56,693 nucleotides of DNA from contig JAHBMJ010000120.1 of the NCBI GenBank assembly GCA_018398765.1, positions 1 to 56,693 of the forward strand. The letters run 5' to 3'. Position numbers and translations under genes: made by a program. The notes beneath the pieces were generated by a model, which saw only the letters and a program-made list of their open reading frames with translations, did no database searches and was not told the DNA's origin. The DNA is from Chromera velia (lineage: Eukaryota). This document shows positions 24,990 through 36,553 of the stretch, one piece after another (position 1 is the stretch's first letter; each line of letters begins with the position of its first letter).

Positions 24990-25715
24990 TGACCGAAGCC
25001 TCACTCAGTCACTCTCTCTCACTCACTTACTTACTTATCCATCTATACTCATTACACTCACTTGCTCACTTATATACTGATACGCCCACCCACTTGCACA
25101 CTATTGCTAACTCACTCACTCCCCGTCACTCCACATCTTACTCACTTTATTCCCTCACTCACTTCACTTACTCCCCTTCACTCAATTCCATACCCTCTTT
25201 CCCTTACTTACTTACTCTTTCATTCACTTTCTTACTCTTTTATTCACACATTCACTCACTGACTTACTCGTTCACTCACTCACTCACTCACTCACTCACT
25301 CACTCACTCACTTGCCAATTCACACTTGTACTCACTCACTCATTCTCGATCTGATTCACTCATTCATCTGTTCATCCAGCCAGCCAGCCACCCACTCACT
25401 CACATGTACTCACATGATCTTGACTCACTCACTCACACTTACTTATCTATTCAGTAACTCTTGCATTCATCCATTCTGAATTCTAGTTCTGAATCATGTA
25501 CACTCATTTGTTCAATCACCCAGTGGCACCCATTATCTCTCTCACTTTCTTTACTTCCCCAGTCTTATTCATATTTTTACTCACTCCCTCACCCAGTGGC
25601 ATTCACTCATTGACTCCGTCACTCGTAGCACTAACTCACCCAGAAACACTCTTATTCACCCGCTCAGTCGCTTTCTCACTTTCTGGTTCTCTCTCTCTCT
25701 CTCTCTCTCTCTTTA
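24990..25715. repeat. Degenerate (ACTC)n simple-repeat region
   Basis: CACT/ACTC iterations throughout, with a pure tract around 25270-25310. Confidence 0.8.
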
Positions 25716-27163
25716 CGCAGTCAGATTGGTATCTATAGCTAGGCACTCATGCCAATCTTCGCAGTCAAAAACTTTCTCAGATAGACAAAGCAGACACTCT
25801 CGATCAATTGCTCGATCTGTCTATCTCCGTCCGTCTCCGTCTCTCTCCGTCTATCTCTGTCCGTCTCCGTCTCTCTCCGTCTATCTCTGGTCCAATTTGG
25901 AAAAGGATCAAACGCGGCCCTTACCTCTTATGGGCAGCTCTGTCAGACTCGACCAAGGTTCCCAGGCACGTTGGCTAACGTTGCAAAGCACCAGTGGGCT
26001 ACAGAGACAAGGAAGAGACTGGAGATGGCTCTGACAATAGAAAACAAAAGGTCAAGAAAATAAAGACTAAACTCTCCATACGGAAGCGGCTGCCTAAATT
26101 CTGACTCCGCGCTATTACAAAGACATGCTATCGAAGATTAGCACATCTAGAGCACTGCAGGGTATCAGTCTGAGAGGAGACTTGTCAGGGGGAGGATGAG
26201 GGAATCGTGGAGAAAGAATGAAAAAGTTAGACAATTTTTCAAAATTTTGGACCTCTGATGCTTCAAAACCAGATGGCACCTGGAGAAACCATCTGGTGGC
26301 TTTTAGGCTCGCTGGCACGCAAAGACCCTCCCCCCCCCCTAAGAGCCCGTTTGCGTGCCATTGACATGCAAAGGAGTTCTTTAAAAGGATGGAAGATGCA
26401 CAGGATGCACCTCTGCATAATTAAGGTCTTTTTGATTAAAAGGGTAGCCTTTTTTCAATGAAAGAACTGAAGTGTTGCAAAGGTTCTGCTCTGCATCCCC
26501 TGTGTCTCTTTTCTCTCTCTTTTGATTCTCCAACCTGTTGTGAGGCCGCGATTGATCAGCTGTATCAAAGTGATCGAAGTCGCACCTATTTTCGTTGCTA
26601 GTAGTTTTAGGACAGAACAAATCGACAAACTAGGTTAGATCCGCCTCTCATATATGGGGACGCGGCATGTATAAAAAAAACCCCAATCATTATTTTTACA
26701 TGGCTTTTAATATATTTCCAAAATTTCTGTACAATGTATTTTTATAAAATCTTTCAAAATTAGGTTTCTAGTAAATTTTTTTGTAAGCTAGGTACTACTC
26801 CAATTATTAAGCTGTTAAAATAGGATAGGAATTATGTTTCAGGTGCTCCCGAGGTTCACTGTCCAGAAAAGGCTCACACCATCGATAACCACATACAACG
26901 TTGTTCTTGGAAAGAACACAACAGCCAGCTAGCCATCTTATCTCCTAAAGGACTGATCGATTAACTGATTGTGCGTGGAAAAGTGTTGTGGTACATTTGT
27001 CAGCTGCGTCTTGCCTGAATGAATCGAAAGCTCATTATTGCAGAAGGACCAGGCAAAGAACCTGTTTTCTTTTTATGAGAAGACAGGTGTGGCAGCTGCT
27101 TATTTTCTGTGTCTGCCTACATTTTCCGTTCGTCTTTATGCTCTAAATATAAAACGCATCATT

Positions 27164-28183
27164 TCAGGCCCCCCTCCGTATGTCTCGCGCCTGTTGCGCG
27201 CTCATGACTGTGCCATAAACTATAAAACTTGAGGTTCTTGCTTGAACAATTACTGCGCTGCGTGGGGTTGGAGCTCTGGACACCGTAAGCGGGGCGTGGA
27301 GATACCTGAAGAGCAGTAAAGAACCGTTTGTATGCTTAGTGAGAAGAGATAGGCTCAAGGTGTTTTTGCAGAAAGTTGAAGAATTCCCAAGACATACGTC
27401 CCCATCCATCCACAACGGATTAAGACGAAGAAATAAAATATCTCCAGGCAGGGAGGGGAGGGGTTGGGGGGAGCGAAGAGGAGACAGCAAGCGTATACTG
27501 ACTTTTTACTTATCCTTGGGCTCTTTAATTCTTCAGTTCTGGTCAATCCCTGAGTTCAATACAATGGGTCATTCATTCCATACCTTGCTTAGCTCAACGG
27601 TATTTGCATGCACACGTTTCACGGCTTCAGCCCGGACGTCTAGCCCCTTAAATACGAACGTTTGCCTATGCTAGGCGATTATTCAAGCCCTCTCCCGCAT
27701 GTTCTGTGCCTGTTGTGAGCTCATAACTGTGCTAAAAACTGAAACCTGAGGTTCTTGCTGAACTGCGACTCGGATACGTTGGGCTGGAGTGCTTGCAACC
27801 GTCAGTGGGACCTTGCAACGCATAAAGAATCGCTTGTACACCTTATAGAAAGGTGTGGGCTCCAAGTCTTTTCGCAGAGTGTCGAAGAATTCCTGAGTCA
27901 TATCTCCCCATCCATCAACATAAATCTGCTGAAACAAAAACGCAAGTAATAATCAGCCTCAAGAGGCAATAATGTTTCAATAATATACAAAGAAAAAGTC
28001 AGAAAGGGACCAGTCCACTGATCAAAATAGAAAGACAGATTCTTACAAGACCAAAAGAAAGCAATACAAACCACCAAATGGACAGATAGATCTCTCAAGT
28101 ACAGAAGAGAGACACTAGCTATCAAGACAAGAAGGCAGAAAGTCGGAAGAGCGAAAGAAAGGAAGGAAGCAAAGCAAGAAGGC

Positions 28184-28218
<35 letters not shown>

Positions 28219-30823
28219 TCCTTCCGCTCTTTACTCTCTGTTTCTCTCTCCCTCTCCCCCCCCCTCTCTTTCCCTCTCTTCCTGAATCCAGTCTGCCATT
28301 TTTGTTGTTGTTGAAAAAACTTCATTCGTAGGCTTCACCAGCATGTTTGAATACCAATTGTAAAATGTCAACGCCGACTGACTTGTATATATTGAGGCTT
28401 TGTTTGCCTCCAGACAAACCTGCAGGGCCTTTCTGCCTAAACTCTTTCCCGTACAATGCAAACACTCCTGCCTGTGGTTTCGACAGAACCTTCAAAAGGG
28501 CCAGGGGCAGGGGTTAGAGAAAAAGGGGTCGGTGGAGTCCTCGCTGGGCACACAAAAAGTTTCAGAAGAATGCTCAATCATTGCCATGCACTGCCTGCAT
28601 AATTCATCCACAGAGGACCAAAAGCGAGAAGCATTGGATTCCTTCCGCTCTCTCTGTGGATCATCATGCAAGAAATCCGAGTCTAAAAAAAAAAAAGCTA
28701 AACACCTGCAGTGGCTGACCACGTATGTGTTAATCAGACTCCATCAGGACCTTAATCTCCTCTTCTTGATAGCTGAGGAACCCTCGCTCTCCCCAAGATG
28801 TCCTTCATAGATTTCTCGGCTACCTTTGCCAATGCACTTTTCTGTATCTCTCTCTGCAGTTCACGACAAAGGGATGATGACAAAGGTTCTGAATTATGGT
28901 ACCATTAAACAAGCAGACTTCGCCAATCATTCCATTTCAAGTGTGCTGTACGGTGTTCTGCTGTATGCATTTCCGACAGCAGACAAAAACTTAGGAGCAC
29001 GATGCTGTGAAGCGCACGTGCACACGCACACATGCATACACACAGAGAGAAAAAAGGGAAAGGGGGGACATCTGTCTTAGTCTGGCTACGATTAGCACCT
29101 CTCTTGACCCACTGACAACAAATCGAAATACATGCAGACTCGAATGCGGACTCAATCTATCAAGAGGGCAGACTGACGTCTCTGCCGGGCAACTCCTGAT
29201 TGAAGAAGGCACACTCTTCTACCGCCTCGTCGGGGGGCACTGCGTGAAAGGACGAGGCTAGGGACGAGAACGAGGAAGAACTTCAAGGTAAGAGTTGCGA
29301 AGGATCGGGCTCGGTAGTTCGGCAGGGCATGCGCGCATGCGTGAGAGAGAGAGAGAAGCAAGGAAGAAAAGAAGGAAGGAAAACCGAAATTTCAAAGAAA
29401 ACAGAATGGAAAGAAGTAAACTACATGAAGTTATGATAAAATTTTGATTTCATTGCTTGAATTCCTGTGGTTCAAGCTCTTTCGCCTCATTGGTTTTACT
29501 CAGTTTGCAACCCTGCTAACCTTCATTGTGGTGTCCTTTGTGTTTACGTTTTGTCTTCTGCCTCTGCATGCAGCCAGCTAGAAGCGCACAGAGAAGAGAA
29601 GAGGGGTACAACATAGGAAGTTGCAGGAGCGTCCACCTTCTCTTTCTGACGGATAGTTGAGAGAGGGCAGCTCCCATTTCTGGGACTGTCCTAGCTACAG
29701 ACAGCGTCTACGCAAATATCTGAGAAAGAAAGACAATGAAGAAGAATACACAAACGAACGTTTAAGAAAGGAAGACATCAAAAAGGACACACTAAGGCAA
29801 GCTTTCTCGCTCAGTTTTCAGTTTGTGTGGTCTGACTTACAGGAAGAAACTGGAAAGGACCTGTGATGACACTTCTCACTAAGTTCTTAGGTTTGACTTA
29901 ATAGCCACGTAAAGGAAGAGACACGGCTTCATATTAAAAATACTCTTCACCTGCACAGGGCTTTCTTGCGCAAGGGTGCAGGCCATGACTTCCAAGAAGA
30001 CGTTTTACCGTACATAGAAAAACTCACCTATACTTCGTGCGGGTCTTTCCTCCCGCAGCTTAAAGCATGCAAAAGCGGTCATCTGTATCATTCTGCAGGT
30101 CAGGGTGTTGAAAAAGAAAAGCAAACAGGGATTTGAAGGCCTTCAAGGCATGCATGCAAGAGTTTTTCGATTCTCCTCTGACATACATACCTTTGGACAA
30201 TTTATGAAAGCACTGATCCAATCCTCAGAGAAGCTCCTCAAAACCGTGAATTAAGAAAGAGTCTAGAATCTATCAGCACGTCACTAGATGAAGCAAGGAG
30301 CATCCACAACAATATGATACCGAAGAAGATAAAAAGAACCACTATGGACTGCCATCTGCATCTTTCTGCCTCTACGTATGCATCTTGTAATTCGGGTGGA
30401 TGGCGTCGGCTGGACGATTTGTGAACTTGAGTTTCGACAGTTAATGAAAAGACTCTGCCGTTGGAAGGAAAATGTCTTGTCCCAACTTATAATGGAGGGA
30501 ATCAATTTCAGGAAGTGCTGAGGAAGAAAGGGATGACAGACTGCAACAGAAGACAAGCTGTTTACAAATTCAAAAACAATTAAGTAAGTCAAGAAGCATT
30601 AGAAAAAAAGGAAGAAGAAGAAAAGGAAACACTCATTTCTTCCAAAGCTGATTCTAAGAGCTCTTTCAGCTTCTTTTTGTTCAGAATGTAGAAAGAGGAG
30701 TCCCAGAAGGCTTTGAGGGCCTCACAAAAAAAAGAGAAGAACTTTGGAGAGGTAATTAAATACTCGTTAATCAAGCAAAATATGAAGAGGTGCAGATAGA
30801 CAGACAGACAGACAGACAAACAG

Positions 30824-30863
<40 letters not shown>

Positions 30864-30995
30864 ATATACACACACACACATACACACATACACACAACAC
30901 ACACATACACACATATACATACACATATACACACGCACAGAGGCGCAGGCATACATATATATGAGACTGATGCACACATACCCACGCACTTTGAC

Positions 30996-31040
<45 letters not shown>

Positions 31041-31083
31041 AGAGAGAGAGAGAGACATACATATATATAAATACACGCACACC

Positions 31084-31130
<47 letters not shown>

Positions 31131-31273
31131 TATACATACACATACATACATACACACACATACACATACACACACACACACAACACTGTGACATATAATA
31201 CATACAACACACACAACATACACAACACATACATCATACACACCACACACACCACACATATACACACATACAT

Positions 31274-31322
<49 letters not shown>

Positions 31323-31367
31323 TACATACACACACACACACACATACACACACACACACATACACAT

Positions 31368-31402
<35 letters not shown>

Positions 31403-31453
31403 TACCCATACATATATATACATATATATATACATACACACACACATACATAT

Positions 31454-31493
<40 letters not shown>

Positions 31494-31621
31494 ACACATA
31501 CACTCACGTACACACACATACACGTACGCATGCACACACACATGTACACACACATATGCACATGCATATATACACGCATACGCACATGCACACGCACACA
31601 CACATACATACACATACATAG

Positions 31622-31652
<31 letters not shown>

Positions 31653-31795
31653 TACACACTCATGCACACACACACGTACGCATGCATACGCACATGCACA
31701 CATACACGCACACGCACATACACACACATACGCATACACATACATATATGCACATACACATACATACATACATACACATATACATACACATACAT

Positions 31796-31843
<48 letters not shown>

Positions 31844-32560
31844 TATGTTGCATCTTAGGTTGACGACATACCTTGAGGGCCATCTTGGCCTCGTAATCTC
31901 TTTCCTTCTCCACTGAGACGATGTAGAGGTAGCTCGTATCCATGCAAAAGTAAGTGTCTCCTCCTTTAAATTCTACTTTCTGCATCGGCTCTGCAAGCAA
32001 CGGGATATCAAAGGTACAGGTAAGGTGCGCTTAAGTTAGGTACGCAGCAGACATACATATATTTAGGACGATTTAAGAAGTAGCGGAGGCAGCTGGAAGA
32101 GAAAAAAAGACCAGGGAAAAGGAGAGGGATGATATATTGAAACAGAAAAGAAACGTACGAATGTATAAGCTGCAAAAACGGCTTCAATTTGAAAGTGTTT
32201 GAAAGACCAAAAAGATACCTATATACATATATACAAATAAAGCCTCCATGCATGCATGCTGATTCGATCGGCATGCAATTAAGGGAGACCAGCGCTCCAG
32301 TCCAAGCCATAAGAGAAAATCAATATAAGACATGAACTGCAGCCAGCAGAAGGCCAATGCATTCCCAATTCCTACAGCTAGCGCGGACTTACCGTTTACC
32401 ATGCTCTAGCTCTCTTCCAGGATTTTGTCCACGCACACAAGTAGCTGCAAATAGGGGAATCAGGGTGGATGAGGTCTATATATATGCCCTGGCCCTTAAA
32501 TTGTGACCAAATGGGCGTATACCACCCTAACGTAGCTACAAGCAAACACCTGCTAACACC
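27164..32560 (-). pseudogene. Heavily decayed multi-exon gene of unknown identity (possibly transposase-like)
   Basis: Coding-like fragments separated by microsatellite introns (32000-31870, 30770-30284, 28461-28320, 27937-27683, about 27450-27164), with stops and frameshifts. The last two fragments are paralogous. Confidence 0.35.
30796..31840. repeat. ~1-kb compound CA/TACA/GA microsatellite
   Basis: Directly visible; it produces the spurious CVCV/HTHT ORFs. Confidence 0.95.
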
Positions 32561-33742
32561 TACTGACTCATACACAGACAAACACCATGTCACCCTTTGC
32601 TCTTATATTTTACGCCATTGTCGCATGTCTGTCGTCGACGCATGCGTACGCACCGCTCTCAGATAAAGCCGCACCTGGAGCTGGCCATTTTTTTTTTACA
32701 AAAAAAAACAAAAATTAAAAAATGAAAAAGAAAACCATAGAGATTCATCAACATAGATCAGTCGATGCAAAAGGCGGTTGAATGGTCATAATTCAAGGGC
32801 TAGGGCTTATATGTGAGTGACAAGCTAATACAGAATTGCAGATTAAGTGATCATACAAACATATGAGTGGTGGTACTACAAACAGCCGAAGGCGAGCTCT
32901 AGAAAAGACAAAAACTGGATACGTAGATCAGAAAGTATAGAAAATGTATACAACATCCTTACCTTTTCTCTTGCTTTGTCGTCTTTTACTTCGAAAAAGT
33001 CTGTTAGTATATGTTTATGCAGGTAGCATGTATGCATGAATGCCAGAAAGTTCATTTTGCAAGCGGGTGTTGGCGGGGCACCAGGGGGGAAGCTAGTGAG
33101 GGCAAGACTTCCGACCCGGAAATGGCAACGCCTGACGTGGGAGCAGACATATATCGCAGAGAGAGAAAAAACACGATAGAATATTAAACAGAGGCGCTGT
33201 TCAGACTATGTTCAGACCAAACAACAGATGGAAGAAGTGTCAAACAGATGGAAGAAGTGATAAAAACAGTCTGCAGACGCTGTTCATGCAGACCCCTGGT
33301 TGTTTTTTTAGTGAACCTCTCTATATACATGAGCAATTAACTCTGCTTTTTTTTACAGTGCCATACATGCATTTCTGGATGCATGCATATATTCTCTTGG
33401 CTGATTTCAATCATTTCATACGTACAGCGACGCGCGATCAGGAGTCGCGGAGGGGCTCAAAGGCGCCCAAAGGGACCTGGCCGGCCTTTTTAATTGAAGG
33501 CCGCGGGGACCTCTATGGATGGGACTTCCGGGCTTGCATATCTATAGCTTCAAGTTGTTCCGTCAGATATCCGTCAGATCGACGGTTTCCACTTTCCATT
33601 CATGAGATTACATGCATACAGTCTCGTTGTGCACTGTCCCATTGTACCAGATTTTTTTTATACCTGCTTTGGCTTGAAGAGGGATTGAGAAATAGTCACA
33701 AGCAGCATCTACGTCCAAGCATACCACTTCGGCGTCTCTGAC

Positions 33743-35454
33743 ATGCAGAGAAGATGACTTAGAGCGTCAAGGGCAGCTGGCCACTCATTTTGCTTGCCCC
33801 CGAAGTTGTATGTGCGGTGCAGCAGAGGATCATTCCCGAAGGAGTTCTCCAAGGGAATGTGTTTGTTCATGTAAAAGAAAAGGTTGCAGAGCTGTCAACA
33901 TGGATACAGCGTTTTTTTGCAGAACTCTCGAAGATCAAAGGCAAAAAGGGCTGCGATTTGTCTGGCATTTTTGGTGCGTCAATGGAATGTTCGAAATCCA
34001 ACACTGAACTTCTTAGGATCGCTCAGGATTCTGACTTGTCATGCGCCTGCGTTTTTTAAAGTACTAGCCACTAATAATTTCTTGAAGAGAGCGTTGGATC
34101 TTTTTAACTTCTGGCTCGATGTCACAGAGCAAAGCTTTGTCGAAGCCCCAATTCATACTAACGACTCGTTCTACAACATAATGGTTCTGACCTTCGCTAC
34201 TGTAGGCTTAAACATGCTTATCATGCTTTTGCGTGGAAGCACTAGATTGTACTCGCTTCTGTGGCAGTCTTCCAGATTCAGAAAAAGCTTGAAAATTATG
34301 TTACAGAAATTTCAAACTGAAAGGGACACGGCTTTTGAGGGTCCTCGCGCACGAGGGTGTGTTTGCAGTTCTTATGGGGTTGCAGCTGGGTGACACTCAG
34401 CTTTTCCCTCTGACTGAAGAAGCCGTCCTTGCATGTAACCGTCAAAGCCTTCCTGCAGAGGTGAAAACGAAACCTCTCAACGTGTCACATCTTCTAAGGG
34501 CCGCGTTTTAGGTTTGTGAAAGCAGCCTGAAAGCTAAGTCCACCCAAACCTACTCCTTCTAGCGTCACATTCCCGCTTTTGACGAAAACTCTAATAAATT
34601 GATGTATTGATGGGCGGTTTCGGCGCTTTTGCTTGAGAAGTTGTCGCTCAGAGGCGAATTTTTGAAAGCCGCAGCGACTGCTTTCACTGAGAACGAGGCC
34701 AACACCGATGCCAGGACTTTGTTCGAGATGGTCACATCTCCGTAAGAAAGTGATGGGGGGCATTTGCACGATGTAGACAAGTCTCAGTATCTGAGAATCT
34801 AAATGCTGACTATGCGGTGCAGTCTTGCGAATGCGAGTGTTGCCCAGCATGTGAAGAAAAACAAGGTAAAGGTCTTGAAGAAGATGCATAGCTTGGTGGA
34901 GGGTCTTCCTGAAGGATTGCGCAAAGAGCTCCAATTTAGTCCCCTCGGTCTATTCACCACCTGGTTGGAGCGGACGATAATGGGATCTCTCTCCATCTTG
35001 TCCCAATGCCCTAACTACTTCCTGTTCCAGGGAGTTCTGGGTCATAATTTGGATCTCAAAAAGATTCAAAAAGCTGGGAGCACAGGACCTTTTTGCAGCC
35101 TGGCATAGGTTAGAGTCCGAAAGCGAAGGGTTTGCGGCCGAGGTTGCTGAGCGCACGGGAATGAAAGGCATTTGCAATTCCTTTATGTCAAAAAAGAAGG
35201 AAAAGCGAACCGAGAACCTCATTCTGTACACTGTTTGTGGCACACATGTCTCAACTTCTATATACTGCGGTGTATGCAAACTGGTCGTCTACTGTAGGAG
35301 GGAGTGTCAAAGGACACACTGGAAGAAGAATCCTGGGGGGTACAAGGAAAGGTGTATGCTGTTGAAAAAGAATGTGATTGATGTTCTTCTTAATACAATC
35401 AATATTGGCCGGGAATTAGACCCTTCAATGCTCAACAAAAGATCATGTCGTTGA
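33743..35454 (+). pseudogene. MYND zinc-finger protein pseudogene
   Basis: C-terminal YTVCG...YCGVCKLVVYCRRECQRTHWKK...YKERC is a zf-MYND pattern with Cys/His replaced by Tyr. Upstream coding-like fragments are broken by stops and frameshifts. Confidence 0.7.
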
Positions 35455-35466
35455 TGCTCAGGCTCG

Positions 35467-36297
35467 TTACGGTAAGTATTCATTTAGTCGTGCGTTTACT
35501 TTCTCCCACAATTCCTTCTCTGTGCGGCCTGTGAAGGGCGGCCGCAACAAACGCTTCAGATCGTCGTCAAGTATCCACAATTGTTTGTCTCCTCCTTGGT
35601 TATCTTCCAAAAACAGTAATTCTTCCACCCCTTCGACTGGAATCTTGCGCTCCCGGTGCTCCGTGGCTATTCTCTTTATCTTTGAGAGGACTTTACCCTT
35701 CAATGACGACTCCTGCCTCGCGCCTCCACTCCTTCCTCCTCTCTCCTCTCTGCCACCAGATCTACCACCCCTCCCCCCCCTCGCATCGGAATGGGAGTAC
35801 CCCCTCTCCCCCCTCCACCGTCCATCAGATTGGGACCCGCTGCGTCCTTCAGGGGGACGGTGTGTGGTGTCAGGCGGGGGCTGGGGGTGCCTGTGCCGGT
35901 GCTGGTGCTGCCCCGACTGATCAGCAGAGGGGTGCGACAGTCCCTCCGATCTGTCTGCACCTTGACGAGACGGCTGTCTCTGTGGATTCATTTCCAAAAG
36001 GGGGGATTCAGTCGCTGCATCTTCTTCTTCCTCAAGACTTCGTCCCCCCTCCCTCTCTTCCTGTTCCTCTGCCCCCACCTGAAGATACGAACCCTCATGC
36101 CACCTACTGCCCACTGCTGCAGAAGAAGAGGATGAAGAGGAAGACGGACCAGGTTGACTGACCGACCCTGCACCTCCCCGGAAAGAAGATGCGATACCTG
36201 ACTGACTTTGAATAGTGCCATTTCTGTTTCCGTTCACCACAGGAGGGCCTCTGGATCTGCTATTGCTGCCTTCTTCCCCTACTCCCTCCCCTTCCTG
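35467..36297 (-). CDS. In-frame C-terminal extension of the helicase beyond a single TAG (disordered RGG-rich region plus a small globular domain)
   Basis: Same frame as helicase exon 8 and open for 276 codons after the TAG at 36300-36298. Confidence 0.55.
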   Translation of the reverse strand, partial: QEGEGVGEEGSNSRSRGPPVVNGNRNGTIQSQSGIASSFRGGAGSVSQPGPSSSSSSSSAAVGSRWHEGSYLQVGAEEQEEREGGRSLEEEEDAATESPLLEMNPQRQPSRQGADRSEGLSHPSADQSGQHQHRHRHPQPPPDTTHRPPEGRSGSQSDGRWRGERGYSHSDARGGRGGRSGGREERGGRSGGARQESSLKGKVLSKIKRIATEHRERKIPVEGVEELLFLEDNQGGDKQLWILDDDLKRLLRPPFTGRTEKELWEKVNARLNEYLP

Positions 36298-36522
36298 CTA
36301 CCTCCCCCACTCCCTCGATCCCTCCCTCGGCATTCCTTCGCCGTCAGGACCACCACCCTGAGAGTCGGATGAGAACACCGACTCAGCCTCCCCTGCAGAA
36401 GCTGAAGAGACCCCGCTCCACTCTGCGAGGAGTCGGTTCTCTTCACTTTCATCCAAAATGTCCTGAAGAGAGAACTTGCCGATCAGAGACGTTCCCCCCA
36501 ATACCCCAACTGCATAGTCATC

Positions 36523-36553
<31 letters not shown>

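Noticed and set aside
30767..32000. Long CVCV/HTHT ORFs
   Set aside because: Translations of the CA/TACA microsatellite. Only the short non-repeat ends may be exons.
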